IMG/VR virus record: IMGVR_UViG_3300019487_000025
Source: a virus
DNA: 64,000 bases
Strand: one strand, 5' to 3'
The notes beneath the pieces are model-generated. The model ran no database searches and was not told the DNA's origin. It was given only the letters and a program-made list of their open reading frames with translations. A program made the position numbers and the translations under genes. Shown piece after piece: positions 1 through 9,303 of this stretch (its first letter is position 1; the number at the start of each line of letters is the position of its first letter).

Positions 1-156
1 GGCTTATTCCATTTCAGATTCTTTGGATTCATTTAACATGGACACAGTTTTGGGATTGGCTAATTTATGGAACTATGTTAGAAATGGTGTTCACATATCC
101 AATAGCTAAGGCAGGGGTTAAATACAACCCAAAGATAACTAAATGGGTGAAGAAGA

Positions 157-348
157 ATGTTTAAGGCATATCGTAAATGGTGTCTTATGGTGGCGTGTCT
201 TTGGTTAGTTAATGCAATTTTAACTACAATTGTATTTATACAAGAACCATCTAAAACAACTTTCGGAATACCATATATCGTAGCACCTGTATTGACTTGG
301 ATACTTGTAATATGGTGGACTGTTTTTGCATTTTTAAAAAGAGGATGA
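157..348 (+). CDS. Small two-TM membrane protein
   Basis: ORF with two hydrophobic stretches; stop overlaps next ATG. Confidence 0.6.
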   Translation: MFKAYRKWCLMVACLWLVNAILTTIVFIQEPSKTTFGIPYIVAPVLTWILVIWWTVFAFLKRG

Positions 349-521
349 AAATGAGAATAATATGTCCAACTTGTAAGTATCTAGAATCACCCAAATGTGT
401 TGCATCATGTATTTTACACAATAATCCAGATAAGCAGAAATATTTTTGTTTTTGTGAAGGCGGGGTTACTAAACAAGAAATGAAACGACACTATAAAATG
501 AAGATTGATGAAGAAATTTGA
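345..521 (+). CDS. Cys-rich microprotein (CPTC...C...C..H...CFC)
   Basis: ATGA overlap at 345-348 suggests start at 345 rather than 297. Confidence 0.55.
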   Translation: MKMRIICPTCKYLESPKCVASCILHNNPDKQKYFCFCEGGVTKQEMKRHYKMKIDEEI

Positions 522-560
522 AGAAAAAAGTTAATACGAAAGTAGCACCATTTAAACAAT

Positions 561-665
561 ATGGATATATACTGTTTGAAATGTAAAAGATTAATGGTTG
601 AACATAAATCACAGAACATTCATATTTGCCTTGGATGTGAATACAGGGTAAAGGTAGAGTATTAA
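561..665 (+). CDS. 34-aa CxxC...CxxC zinc-ribbon microprotein
   Basis: Manual translation MDIYCLKCKRLMVEHKSQNIHICLGCEYRVKVEY; TAATG coupling to next ORF. Confidence 0.55.
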   Translation: MDIYCLKCKRLMVEHKSQNIHICLGCEYRVKVEY

Positions 666-751
666 TGGATAAATGTAAGAAATGTGGACGTAAAATTAGT
701 AATGATTTTGAAGATAAACTATGCCCAATGTGTTGGTGGATATTGAATTGA
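665..751 (+). CDS. 28-aa CxxCG...CPxC microprotein
   Basis: Manual translation MDKCKKCGRKISNDFEDKLCPMCWWILN; stop overlaps TTG of methyltransferase. Confidence 0.5.
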   Translation: MDKCKKCGRKISNDFEDKLCPMCWWILN

Positions 752-1239
752 TTACAGAAAAGTTCAAACCAATAGTTTGGCACTTACCTAGACCCAACCC
801 AACGCGATATAAAGGCAGTGTTCCACTTCATTTTGAAACAAAGTTTTTGAACTTTACTGGCATAAAAGAAAAGGGATTATTAAATATGTTTTCTGGGGGT
901 TCTAAAATGGGACACACAGTTGATATTAATCCAAAAGTAAAACCCAAGACTGTAGCAGATTGTCATAACCTGCCGTTTGATGATGAAAGCTTTGATAATG
1001 TGTTTTTAGATCCACCATATTCAAATGAAGAGTCGAAGCAACTTTACGGAACAGGAATATTAAAACCATCAAAATACGTGGGCGAAGCAATTAGAGTATG
1101 TAAGCCAAATGGAATAATTGCTCTTTATCATATCTATTGGGCACCAATTCCAGAAGGTTGTAATTATTTGGGAATTATAGCAATTATTACAAGAGTGTAT
1201 CACAAACCAAGATTGTGTACTCTTTTTAGGAAGAAATAA
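748..1239 (+). CDS. SAM-dependent amino (m6A/m4C) DNA methyltransferase-like protein
   Basis: Motif I-like LLNMFSGGS followed by catalytic FLDPPY; TTG start at 748 via TTGA overlap (track start 721). Confidence 0.75.
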   Translation: MITEKFKPIVWHLPRPNPTRYKGSVPLHFETKFLNFTGIKEKGLLNMFSGGSKMGHTVDINPKVKPKTVADCHNLPFDDESFDNVFLDPPYSNEESKQLYGTGILKPSKYVGEAIRVCKPNGIIALYHIYWAPIPEGCNYLGIIAIITRVYHKPRLCTLFRKK

Positions 1240-1428
1240 ATGAACCCTTTTGAATGTGGAACACTAGCACATAACGCGTGGGAGAGTAGAACTGGAGAAT
1301 CTAATTGTGATAAAAAAGAAGAAGTAAAATCACGAAAACGCCGTCAACCAATAGAAGTACCAACTTGGGAAGATTGGCAAGATTTTTTAAAGTCATGCGG
1401 TTTGTCCAAAAAAACAAACAAACCTTAA
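1240..1428 (+). CDS. Hypothetical protein
   Basis: ORF directly after methyltransferase stop. Confidence 0.5.
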   Translation: MNPFECGTLAHNAWESRTGESNCDKKEEVKSRKRRQPIEVPTWEDWQDFLKSCGLSKKTNKP

Positions 1429-1453
1429 TATATAGCATGATTGTAGGGATAGT

Positions 1454-1684
1454 ATGAAGCAACAATTAGTCTTCAAGAAAACACAGGTAACAATTCAACA
1501 AGAAAAAACTCTAAAAAATGTCTTAGAAGAGGCAATGATTGTTCAGGGACTTGATTTAGAATTGTTTGATAAAGTTGCAAGCCATGTGATTTTCAATGTT
1601 GAGGGTATGTTGGTTAGAGCCCTTGATACGATAATCAAAGTTGGTCAAACTGTGAAACTTATTCCTGCGGTCAAAGCAGGATAA
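1454..1684 (+). CDS. Ubiquitin-like beta-grasp protein (MoaD/ThiS/SAMP-like)
   Basis: 76 aa; C-terminus ALDTIIKVGQTVKLIPAVKAG resembles L..gD.v.llPavaGG of sulfur-carrier/SAMP proteins. Confidence 0.7.
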   Translation: MKQQLVFKKTQVTIQQEKTLKNVLEEAMIVQGLDLELFDKVASHVIFNVEGMLVRALDTIIKVGQTVKLIPAVKAG

Positions 1685-1709
1685 ACCCTCTTTTTGTTGT
1701 TATTTTTTT
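1685..1709 (+). terminator. Archaeal oligo-T terminator
   Basis: ccctctttttgttgttatttttt immediately after stop. Confidence 0.55.
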
Positions 1710-1749
1710 ACAAACAATAGTTTATATAATGTAGTGTTATAATATGTAC
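1710..1749 (+). promoter_or_regulatory. Divergent copy of repeated ACAAACAA-x3-TTTATATA promoter
   Basis: acaaacaatagtttatataatgtagtgttataa; ATG at 1750 lies at the same spacing as in the other copies. Confidence 0.6.
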
Positions 1750-2562
1750 ATGAGCAAAATGATTAATTTTGGTAATGGTCTTCAAAGAAAATACAAGACA
1801 AATCCAGAATCAGATATTGTATCAGATGCTGAAAAAACTCAAGCACAAAAAGATCGTGAAGCACTTAGAAAACATGCTGAATCTAGAAGAACCCAACGTG
1901 AAGTTAGAATGGAATATAGAGATGCCAATAGAAAATCAGTTGCTGAAGATGCAAAAGAGCAAATTGTTTTAACTAAAAGAGATGAAAAGACCAGACTTGA
2001 ACAATTAGAGGCTAATAAAGAAAATAGAATTGAAAGTCAAATAGAAGAAGCAAAAGAGAAAACAAATCATTTAGCTAGAAAACACGGTTTACAAGAACCA
2101 AATAATCCAGAAGCATTAAAACATGACAGGTTCCATTGTTATAACTGTGATATGAAATTACATATTCCAAATGCCTATAAAAATCTACCAAAAGAGGTTC
2201 AACAATTATTTGATAATGACAACGATGTAAGACACTTATGTTGTTTTTGTTTTGGTAAGATGGAAGATAACGAAATTATAGAATTGAAAAGTAAAGAATC
2301 TGACAAAAAAATAAGAATGGCAATTTATAATCCAGAAATGTATGTCAAAGAAAACGCGGAGGAATCACACCAAGAAGATATCAAACAAATACAAGAATTA
2401 ACAAAAGAACGAATTATGTACTACCAGTCAAAGATTAAGCAATATGAACATATTGTTTCATTCGTTGGAACTGTAAAACATGATAATTTACAGGAAGTAG
2501 ATGATCTTGAGAACACTGTAAGAAACCACGCATTTACAAGATATAATTATGGAGACAGATAA
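1750..2562 (+). CDS. Hypothetical coiled-coil protein with CxxC...CCxC zinc site
   Basis: ORF track; start placed at 1750 from promoter spacing. Confidence 0.7.
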   Translation: MSKMINFGNGLQRKYKTNPESDIVSDAEKTQAQKDREALRKHAESRRTQREVRMEYRDANRKSVAEDAKEQIVLTKRDEKTRLEQLEANKENRIESQIEEAKEKTNHLARKHGLQEPNNPEALKHDRFHCYNCDMKLHIPNAYKNLPKEVQQLFDNDNDVRHLCCFCFGKMEDNEIIELKSKESDKKIRMAIYNPEMYVKENAEESHQEDIKQIQELTKERIMYYQSKIKQYEHIVSFVGTVKHDNLQEVDDLENTVRNHAFTRYNYGDR

Positions 2563-2655
2563 ATGACTGGAAAAAATTGTGGTCATAAAAGATATAATCC
2601 ATGGTGTAACGAATGTTACGTTTATATGCTTGATCACACAAGAAAACATAGATGA
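2563..2655 (+). CDS. 30-aa Cys/His microprotein
   Basis: Manual translation MTGKNCGHKRYNPWCNECYVYMLDHTRKHR; ATGA overlap with next ORF. Confidence 0.45.
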   Translation: MTGKNCGHKRYNPWCNECYVYMLDHTRKHR

Positions 2656-2789
2656 CAACATTTAGCGATAGGTTTCTATGTCCTACCTGTATGTTTTGGA
2701 ATAAAAAATATAGGGGCATACTTCTTAATCTTGCATTACTTTTAGCAGGGTTGCTTGGATTTTCAATAGGATTAATGTTTGATGTATAA
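2652..2789 (+). CDS. 45-aa CPTC microprotein with C-terminal TM helix
   Basis: Manual translation MTTFSDRFLCPTCMFWNKKYRGILLNLALLLAGLLGFSIGLMFDV. Confidence 0.5.
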   Translation: MTTFSDRFLCPTCMFWNKKYRGILLNLALLLAGLLGFSIGLMFDV

Positions 2790-2821
2790 GTTCATAAGGG
2801 AGTTATTCGTATAAAAGTGAT

Positions 2822-3040
2822 ATGAGTGAGATTGATGAACGATTAAAACGGGTACAGGATCAAATAGATGAAATAAAGCCAGAGTATGACGCTTTTAACA
2901 AAAGACTAATGTTAAGCAAGGAAGAAGCAACTAGAAAAGCAGAAATAGGACATGAACTCTACAGGCTTAATATAGAAGCTATTGGGATACTTAATGAATT
3001 ACATAGAGAAAGAGATGAAGGAAAAAGGGATAGAGTATGA
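2822..3040 (+). CDS. Small coiled-coil hypothetical protein
   Basis: ORF track; TATA-like element upstream. Confidence 0.55.
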   Translation: MSEIDERLKRVQDQIDEIKPEYDAFNKRLMLSKEEATRKAEIGHELYRLNIEAIGILNELHRERDEGKRDRV

Positions 3041-3043
3041 ATT

Positions 3044-3250
3044 ATGGGGAGAGAAAGAATGGATGAAACTGAGATAAAGGAAAGAATAGAACAATATGAA
3101 GAATCAAAGAAAAAGATTTTTGAGGAATTAAAAACAAAGCAAGGTAGAGAACGAGAGGAAGTTGAATATAGAATAGAATGTGTTGAAGGACTGATAGATC
3201 ATTTATATGACCGACTTAACCCAACAAAAAAGAAGGAGATGTATAAATGA
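3044..3250 (+). CDS. Small coiled-coil hypothetical protein
   Basis: ORF track; coupled to next gene. Confidence 0.55.
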   Translation: MGRERMDETEIKERIEQYEESKKKIFEELKTKQGREREEVEYRIECVEGLIDHLYDRLNPTKKKEMYK

Positions 3251-3537
3251 GGCAATCAACCATAGCAATAATAGGTATTATATGTGCAGTTTCACTAGTG
3301 GCAGGATTGTTAGTATTATCACAACCACACACACAACCACCTATTATAAAACCACCAGTTAAACCACCATACAAATATGAAGTAAAGTGTTATGACATGT
3401 GTTACTCATTAATGAAGAATTTTTCAACGGGAGGATATGATCCAAGATTTTTAGCACTTCCAGAAGTTAAATCAACATGCATAGAAGCAATTAAAGATGG
3501 AGCAATATTGGGATTTTGTGATACTAATGGCAATTAA
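3247..3537 (+). CDS. Membrane-anchored protein with Pro-rich linker and Cys-rich ectodomain
   Basis: N-terminal TM, PPIIKPPVKPP, four Cys. Confidence 0.6.
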   Translation: MRQSTIAIIGIICAVSLVAGLLVLSQPHTQPPIIKPPVKPPYKYEVKCYDMCYSLMKNFSTGGYDPRFLALPEVKSTCIEAIKDGAILGFCDTNGN

Positions 3538-3627
3538 AAAAACATTATATCCTCTTGGAAAAGAGAAAGGTATGACTTTTTATATTTTTGAAGAACTTCC
3601 AAATATTTCAGTTTTGTCAGAGGATGA

Positions 3628-3921
3628 ATGGATATGACTGGTAGAAATAAGGACATATTTAATACCCCATGTTCAAATCCAGCATACACGCGAAATATGC
3701 TAATTGAAGAAATAAAAACAAGATATAGAAACGGATGGGAGTTAAATTGGTTTACAACCAATGTAAAAAGTTTTGGATGGGAGGATATAAATCCAGAAGT
3801 TAGTAAGTTTTTGAAGAGATTAAAGACACTAGATTTTGAACGAGCAGATGTATCATTTTTTAATCCAACTACAAAAGATACGGTTTATGAATGCTATGAG
3901 CTGGTAAAAAATGAAATGTGA
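3628..3921 (+). CDS. Hypothetical protein
   Basis: ORF track. Confidence 0.55.
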   Translation: MDMTGRNKDIFNTPCSNPAYTRNMLIEEIKTRYRNGWELNWFTTNVKSFGWEDINPEVSKFLKRLKTLDFERADVSFFNPTTKDTVYECYELVKNEM

Positions 3922-4055
3922 ACATAAAGCAAGTCCAAACTATGAATATCAATGCATATTAGAAAGAGGACATAAAGGTGGTCATAAGTATAATATAGGC
4001 AATCATAAAGAAATACAACTTTCTGGGTGTTGTCCTGATGGACAAATAGCAAAAT

Positions 4056-4247
4056 ATGAGTCAGAAGATTAAACTAACATGTCCATATTGTCATTATTAT
4101 GATACTCCCGACTTGATGATAGAAGTGATATTCACTAATGTATCCTTTGAGTTTAAATGTAAGATATGTGAAAAGAATGTGAGGATATATGTACCACTTA
4201 AAGAATATGGAGAAGTCACATATACAAAGATTGGAAAAGGAGAGTGA
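4056..4247 (+). CDS. Zinc-ribbon protein (CPYC...CKIC)
   Basis: Two CxxC motifs. Confidence 0.6.
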   Translation: MSQKIKLTCPYCHYYDTPDLMIEVIFTNVSFEFKCKICEKNVRIYVPLKEYGEVTYTKIGKGE

Positions 4248-4759
4248 TTATGGACGATATGTCTAAGTATTATTTTTCAAAAGATGAACTCTTATCACAA
4301 ATTAAGTTATTGGACAAATACCAACAAAACAGCGAAGAATACAAGAATCAAGGATTAAAGATAATTGCGTCATATTGCAAGCCATTAATACTAACTAAGA
4401 AAGGAATAGATTGTGGTTTAGATTTACTCGCCAAATATAAAAGTGGATTAAAACTAAGTAGAACAGAATTATTTAATTTGTACATAGTTGGAACTGAAGC
4501 TAATCTTATTACTGGTGGAAAAGGAACGTATGAATTGCTATCATCAATATGGAAAGAAATACAGGAAAAATACAATCCAGATGCAGATTATCTACAATCA
4601 TATATCTATGAACGAATATTTACAGATGGGTATATGAAGGGAAACCCAAGTTATACAGAAAACTTGAACAAAACTGTGAAAAATTATACTAGTGAAAGAC
4701 CGGCATTAAGGGCGATATTCTTTACAATAGATATTCATATTATGAGGGATAAAACCTAG
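4244..4759 (+). CDS. Hypothetical protein
   Basis: 171-aa ORF coupled to previous gene. Confidence 0.65.
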   Translation: MIMDDMSKYYFSKDELLSQIKLLDKYQQNSEEYKNQGLKIIASYCKPLILTKKGIDCGLDLLAKYKSGLKLSRTELFNLYIVGTEANLITGGKGTYELLSSIWKEIQEKYNPDADYLQSYIYERIFTDGYMKGNPSYTENLNKTVKNYTSERPALRAIFFTIDIHIMRDKT

Positions 4760-4802
4760 TGTTGAAAAAATGATAATAAGCAACGAAATCTAATGGTGAT
4801 TT

Positions 4803-5099
4803 ATGGTGAAAAAGAAAAGTAAGAAAGAACAGGATCATGATTTTTACTATGAAGGTGGGAGAGTACACTTATATGAAGCCGATGCATTTATATCACAAAT
4901 AAAGCACATGATGAGAGATGTAATACCAGACGTTGATTTCGCTGTATATTTAGGTGTAAATGACAGAGATTGTATAGATGTTTGGGTTAGAGATGAAAAT
5001 GAAACAATGTATCAAATAGAACCAAAAAATTTAGATAATGAAGAGAGTGAAATAAGATTAAGGGAAGTAGATAATGAAGGAGACGACGAAGATGAATGA
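4803..5099 (+). CDS. Acidic hypothetical protein
   Basis: ORF track. Confidence 0.6.
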   Translation: MVKKKSKKEQDHDFYYEGGRVHLYEADAFISQIKHMMRDVIPDVDFAVYLGVNDRDCIDVWVRDENETMYQIEPKNLDNEESEIRLREVDNEGDDEDE

Positions 5100-5382
5100 T
5101 GAATTAATTAGAATGTTTAATATAAATACTGCCCCGGAAACAATTTTACATGAATTCACAGGACTTAACAACGAATATAAAAGATGTGAATCAGTGTGTA
5201 TTGATAGTGATTCTTATGGGTTTAAAATGCAGTGTAATTTAAAGGCAGATCATGAACTTGAACACGCTTATGGAATAGACAGTTGTTTATGGTATCTTTT
5301 AGATGGAGTAGAACAATGTAAAGGAGACGATCATATAGGTAATTGTGCAGTTTGTTGGGTAAGGGAGGTTAGAGATAGATGA
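5074..5382 (+). CDS. Cys/His-rich hypothetical protein
   Basis: C...C.L...H...H and C...H...CxxC patterns. Confidence 0.55.
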   Translation: MKETTKMNDELIRMFNINTAPETILHEFTGLNNEYKRCESVCIDSDSYGFKMQCNLKADHELEHAYGIDSCLWYLLDGVEQCKGDDHIGNCAVCWVREVRDR

Positions 5383-5584
5383 CCAGATGCCGTAGATGTG
5401 GATGGTACTATAAGAATATAAAGGACTGGCTATATCATCAATATGACCATAAAAATGGAAGAACAAGAAAATTTGGGAATACTCGACGAAATTCTATTCA
5501 AAAGACTTCTGGCGGAAATGATAGAAAAGGGAATAGTTAAATACATTGAACGCGTTGAAAGAGGTAAGAGAATAAGGTATTATT

Positions 5585-5728
5585 ATGTGTAAACATATGG
5601 ATGATAATGGAATAGCTTTGTTTGAAATAAAACAAAAAAAGGGGCAATCTCCACTTTATATTTGTAAGCTTTGTCATGGTTCATTTAATCAATTTCAGGC
5701 GGAAGCCATATTGGAGGGATTATTATAA
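5585..5728 (+). CDS. 47-aa zinc-finger microprotein, paralog of 5728..5943
   Basis: Manual translation MCKHMDDNGIALFEIKQKKGQSPLYICKLCHGSFNQFQAEAILEGLL; TAATG coupling. Confidence 0.6.
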   Translation: MCKHMDDNGIALFEIKQKKGQSPLYICKLCHGSFNQFQAEAILEGLL

Positions 5729-5943
5729 TGGGAATTTGTCATCATTTAGATTGGGATAATTTACAGATATTAGTAGATGGCAGAAAACAACCACCTACTT
5801 ATAGATGCATATTATGTGATAAAGAATTTAATGAGAAAGAATACAAAGAAATAATAAAAGAGATTAGACAAAAGGTTAAGGATCATAAATTAGATGAATG
5901 GAGAACTCCAAACGGTGAATTACAAAAGGTGGAAGAAGAATGA
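5728..5943 (+). CDS. Zinc-finger protein (CxH...CxxC)
   Basis: CHHL...PTYRCILCDKEFN. Confidence 0.6.
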   Translation: MGICHHLDWDNLQILVDGRKQPPTYRCILCDKEFNEKEYKEIIKEIRQKVKDHKLDEWRTPNGELQKVEEE

Positions 5944-6130
5944 ATAAGAATAGAATATGTAAAAAGAATGAAAAACATTATATAGATGATTGGGGATGCG
6001 TAGATTGTATGTTTGATGCATTATCAGAAAAATTATGGAAAGAAGATGAGGAAGATGGAAATAGATGAAAACAAACTATGGTTCTGTGAAAGAAAAGGAT
6101 ATCATATAATGTATAAAGAGTGGATAAAAG

Positions 6131-6310
6131 ATGATTGATGACGAAGCAGAAAGAATAAACAAAGCAATAGTAAGAAGAGAAAAGGCATTAAGAAAAGGTG
6201 ACGAATCTAAAGCCAAATCAATAGAAGAAGAATTAGCAAAAGAAGGATTTGAAATATATGACACAAAAGATATAACATATGTCAATAGAAAAAAGAAAGC
6301 AAATATCTGA
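6131..6310 (+). CDS. 59-aa protein resembling the C-terminal helical tRNA-binding domain of cysteinyl-tRNA synthetase
   Basis: Manual translation ...INKAIVRREKALRKGDESKAKSIEEELAKEGFEIYDTKDITYV..., matching the recalled CysRS pattern R..Ar..kd...aD.ir..L...Gi...D....t. Confidence 0.5.
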   Translation: MIDDEAERINKAIVRREKALRKGDESKAKSIEEELAKEGFEIYDTKDITYVNRKKKANI

Positions 6311-6479
6311 GATGTGTCCTATTTGTGAAGATTGGTCTGGGAAGAACGTTAAATTTAAATTATGTGAAAAATGTAAATTTGAATCAGAGATAATGTATAA
6401 CGCGGTTATGATAAATGTGGGAGAAGAAGATAATCCCGTTTTCAAGTCACTAAAGGAAATCATGGAACGTAAATTATGA
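6279..6479 (+). CDS. Zinc-finger protein (CPIC...CEKC)
   Basis: Two CxxC motifs. Confidence 0.55.
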   Translation: MSIEKRKQISEMCPICEDWSGKNVKFKLCEKCKFESEIMYNAVMINVGEEDNPVFKSLKEIMERKL

Positions 6480-6525
6480 TGTTCTGCACACAAACATTTA
6501 TTAATAGGTATGGGGTAGGGTATAT

Positions 6526-8661
6526 ATGAAGTTCAGGATATTGGGATTACTACTTATAGTGTTAGTGTTATCTAGCTTTATACAAGATGCTTATGCTCTC
6601 ACAACAGGTCAATTAAGTCCAACAACAGCAATAAGCACCGGATCTACCATTAACCAATTTGCTGGTAGAAACAACGCATTTACAAGTAATAATAATTACG
6701 CAAGAGGAGCAAATAACGATGATCAAGCATATGGAGGCTTTGGTATTTCTATTCCAACATATGCAACTATTAATGGAATTACAGTTAATTTGGAAGGACA
6801 ACGTTTTCAATGTGCATCTGCAGATAATCCAAGATTCAGAGTTCAATTATCTACACCTTCATTAATAGGAAATCCTACTGGATTGGGTTCATTTACAAGT
6901 ACAACACAAACAACAACTAATTATGGATCTTCTGATTCGACAATAACATTGGGTGGAGTCTCTGATATGTGGGGATTATCTTATACTTCAACACAACTAA
7001 CTAATTTTTGGGTATTGGTGACAGCACTTTGTAATACAGGTGGAAATAATTTAAGATTAGATCATTTAACAGTAGAAATTACTTATACATTAACAGTTCC
7101 AAATGCTCCAGTCTTATCAACAACTGGTCACACTTCTTCAACAATCAGTCTAAGTTGGACTACCCCAACCAATGGAGGTTCTGCAATAACTTCTTATACT
7201 TTAGAACGTTCTATCAATAATTTCGTATCGGTTGATCAATCATTTTCTATTCCTTTTGGTACAAACACTAAAGTGGATAGTGGCTTAAGTCCAAACACAT
7301 CATACCAATACAGAGTAAAAGCGACAAACGTGATAGGTGATAGTCCGTATTCAAACATACTTCCTGTCACCACTGATTCAACTATTCCAGATACTCCAAT
7401 TTTGTCAGAAATTAGTCACACTTCACTATCAGTTGCTACAAGCTGGACAACGCCTTTTAATGGTGGAACGCCTATAACCTCATATACCCTAGAACGTTCT
7501 ACTGATAACTTTGGTTCTATAGATCAATCCTATGTTCTTTTATTCGGAACCAATACATATAATAATACAGGTTTATCAGCTAACACTTTATATCAATTCA
7601 GAGTAAAGGCTACTAATCCAGTTGGAGATAGCCCATACTCAAACATTGTAAGTGTTACAACCGATCCAACGCCTCCTCCAATAGATGTGACTCCTCCAGT
7701 TTTAACAATATTAGGTTTCAATCCACTTAATCACACTATAAATACTCCATATATAGACGCGGGAGCAACAGCTAACGATGATTTTGACGGCGATATTACT
7801 ACCAGCATAATTACAACCAACAATGTAAATGCAAGTGCATTAGGAACTTATACAGTCGATTACTTTGTCGAAGATTTGGCTGGAAATAACTCAACGGCTA
7901 GTAGAACAGTTTATGTAGTAAGTTCACCACCAATATCTCCACCAATATCTAATTCTACAACTCCTACTCCACACAGCAATCAATGTAGAGATTGTGTTCC
8001 TCCGACACTTGGTATTGATGTAAATAATAAAGCAAGAGTAAGTGGTGGATTTACCTATAACGGAAAAACAGTAGATGTAACCTCTTTCAGAACACCATTT
8101 CCACAAATTGGAACTAATGTAGGAGATAATAATACTTTGACTTTGAAAATTTATGAGGATTCTGGAGTCAATAATATAAAACATATAGCAATAGGATTTG
8201 GACTTGAGAAAAATAGAGGATTCTCAGAAAGTAAAGCCTATATTGAATTCAATAGAGATTGGAAGGGAAACACATCTACCAAAATAACAGGTAATATTCA
8301 AAATGTTACATATTCTAGTAATATTGTTCAATGTGGAATAGTTAGAGCAAACTGTCTGGAATTTACAGTGTATCATACATTCACAAAAGATGTAAGTGGA
8401 ATAGTTGGAACTCTTGTGTGGGATGATAAAAGAAACTCATGGTCTAATTACTTTAACCATGGAATAATTATAAAGGATAATAAAATTATTATTCAGGAAC
8501 CAGAACCTGAAAAGGTAGATGAAGATAAATTAAAAGGAGTAACATCTTTTGGATACTTTGAAAGAAAGAGTTTTGCTTTTGAAAATTATAAACAGTATCA
8601 AGCAGATGAAGCTAAAAAATTGTTTAACAGTTTATATGGACGAATAAATAATTGGGATTAA
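6526..8661 (+). CDS. Secreted/surface protein: signal peptide, beta-sandwich, two Fn3 domains, DUF5011-like Ig domain, thaumarchaeal-type C-terminal domain
   Basis: Two PxAP...ISLSWTTPxNGGSxITSYTLERS...YQYRVKATN..GDSPYSN Fn3 repeats; PVLTILGFNP...YIDAGATANDDFDGDIT; DCVPPTLG...KIYEDSG...WDDKRNSWSNYFNHG tail recalled from Nitrosopumilaceae surface proteins. Confidence 0.8.
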   Translation: MKFRILGLLLIVLVLSSFIQDAYALTTGQLSPTTAISTGSTINQFAGRNNAFTSNNNYARGANNDDQAYGGFGISIPTYATINGITVNLEGQRFQCASADNPRFRVQLSTPSLIGNPTGLGSFTSTTQTTTNYGSSDSTITLGGVSDMWGLSYTSTQLTNFWVLVTALCNTGGNNLRLDHLTVEITYTLTVPNAPVLSTTGHTSSTISLSWTTPTNGGSAITSYTLERSINNFVSVDQSFSIPFGTNTKVDSGLSPNTSYQYRVKATNVIGDSPYSNILPVTTDSTIPDTPILSEISHTSLSVATSWTTPFNGGTPITSYTLERSTDNFGSIDQSYVLLFGTNTYNNTGLSANTLYQFRVKATNPVGDSPYSNIVSVTTDPTPPPIDVTPPVLTILGFNPLNHTINTPYIDAGATANDDFDGDITTSIITTNNVNASALGTYTVDYFVEDLAGNNSTASRTVYVVSSPPISPPISNSTTPTPHSNQCRDCVPPTLGIDVNNKARVSGGFTYNGKTVDVTSFRTPFPQIGTNVGDNNTLTLKIYEDSGVNNIKHIAIGFGLEKNRGFSESKAYIEFNRDWKGNTSTKITGNIQNVTYSSNIVQCGIVRANCLEFTVYHTFTKDVSGIVGTLVWDDKRNSWSNYFNHGIIIKDNKIIIQEPEPEKVDEDKLKGVTSFGYFERKSFAFENYKQYQADEAKKLFNSLYGRINNWD

Positions 8662-8691
8662 CTTTATATATCTCTTTGTTATCTATTTGAC

Positions 8692-8895
8692 GTGGAACCA
8701 CGTTATCATTGTAATGAAGAAATGGAATATTTGGGGATGAAAGATAAAGAACATTGGTTTGAATGCAAACAATGTAGTATAAGAGAGGCAACATTAGATC
8801 CAGAAAAGCCTACAACTCCAGAAGAAAAACCATCGAAAAGCATGTTAGAATACGGCAGTGCAACACTAATAGGCAAGAGTATATATCATAATTAA
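8692..8895 (+). CDS. Zinc-ribbon microprotein
   Basis: HC...CKQC; GTG start after TATA element. Confidence 0.5.
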   Translation: MEPRYHCNEEMEYLGMKDKEHWFECKQCSIREATLDPEKPTTPEEKPSKSMLEYGSATLIGKSIYHN

Positions 8896-8920
8896 CTATG
8901 TTTATATTCTACACAAGGTA

Positions 8921-9271
8921 TTGTTACTTATGAGCCAAAGACTCGTACAACAAAAAACAGTGATAAAGAGATTAACTATCCATGAGATTAGTCCACAATG
9001 GGCTAGACTTTTACCACTCATACCAGAAACCGAAGAACAGCAATTCTATAGGAATGGAATAGTATTAGATATATCTAATCCAAAATTTTGTGTGGTTGGT
9101 GAGGCATATGGATTTAATGGAGATTATATGAATTGTATGAATAAAGAATCATTTTGTAGAGGATGTCATTCACATTCTATCAATTTTGCCAGTTCATTAA
9201 TGGTTAAACCATCGGAAAGAAAAGAGTTAGTAAGATCATTTGTAAGACATTGGAATAATGTTCATGTTTAG
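8921..9271 (+). CDS. Hypothetical protein of a Nitrososphaerota-associated family
   Basis: RLTIHEISPQWARLL...CVVGEAYGF...CxxC...FVRHWNNVH pattern recalled from thaumarchaeal genomes. Confidence 0.6.
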   Translation: MLLMSQRLVQQKTVIKRLTIHEISPQWARLLPLIPETEEQQFYRNGIVLDISNPKFCVVGEAYGFNGDYMNCMNKESFCRGCHSHSINFASSLMVKPSERKELVRSFVRHWNNVHV

Positions 9272-9303
9272 GTTTATATTACTCGTAATACTTACTAACG
9301 ACA

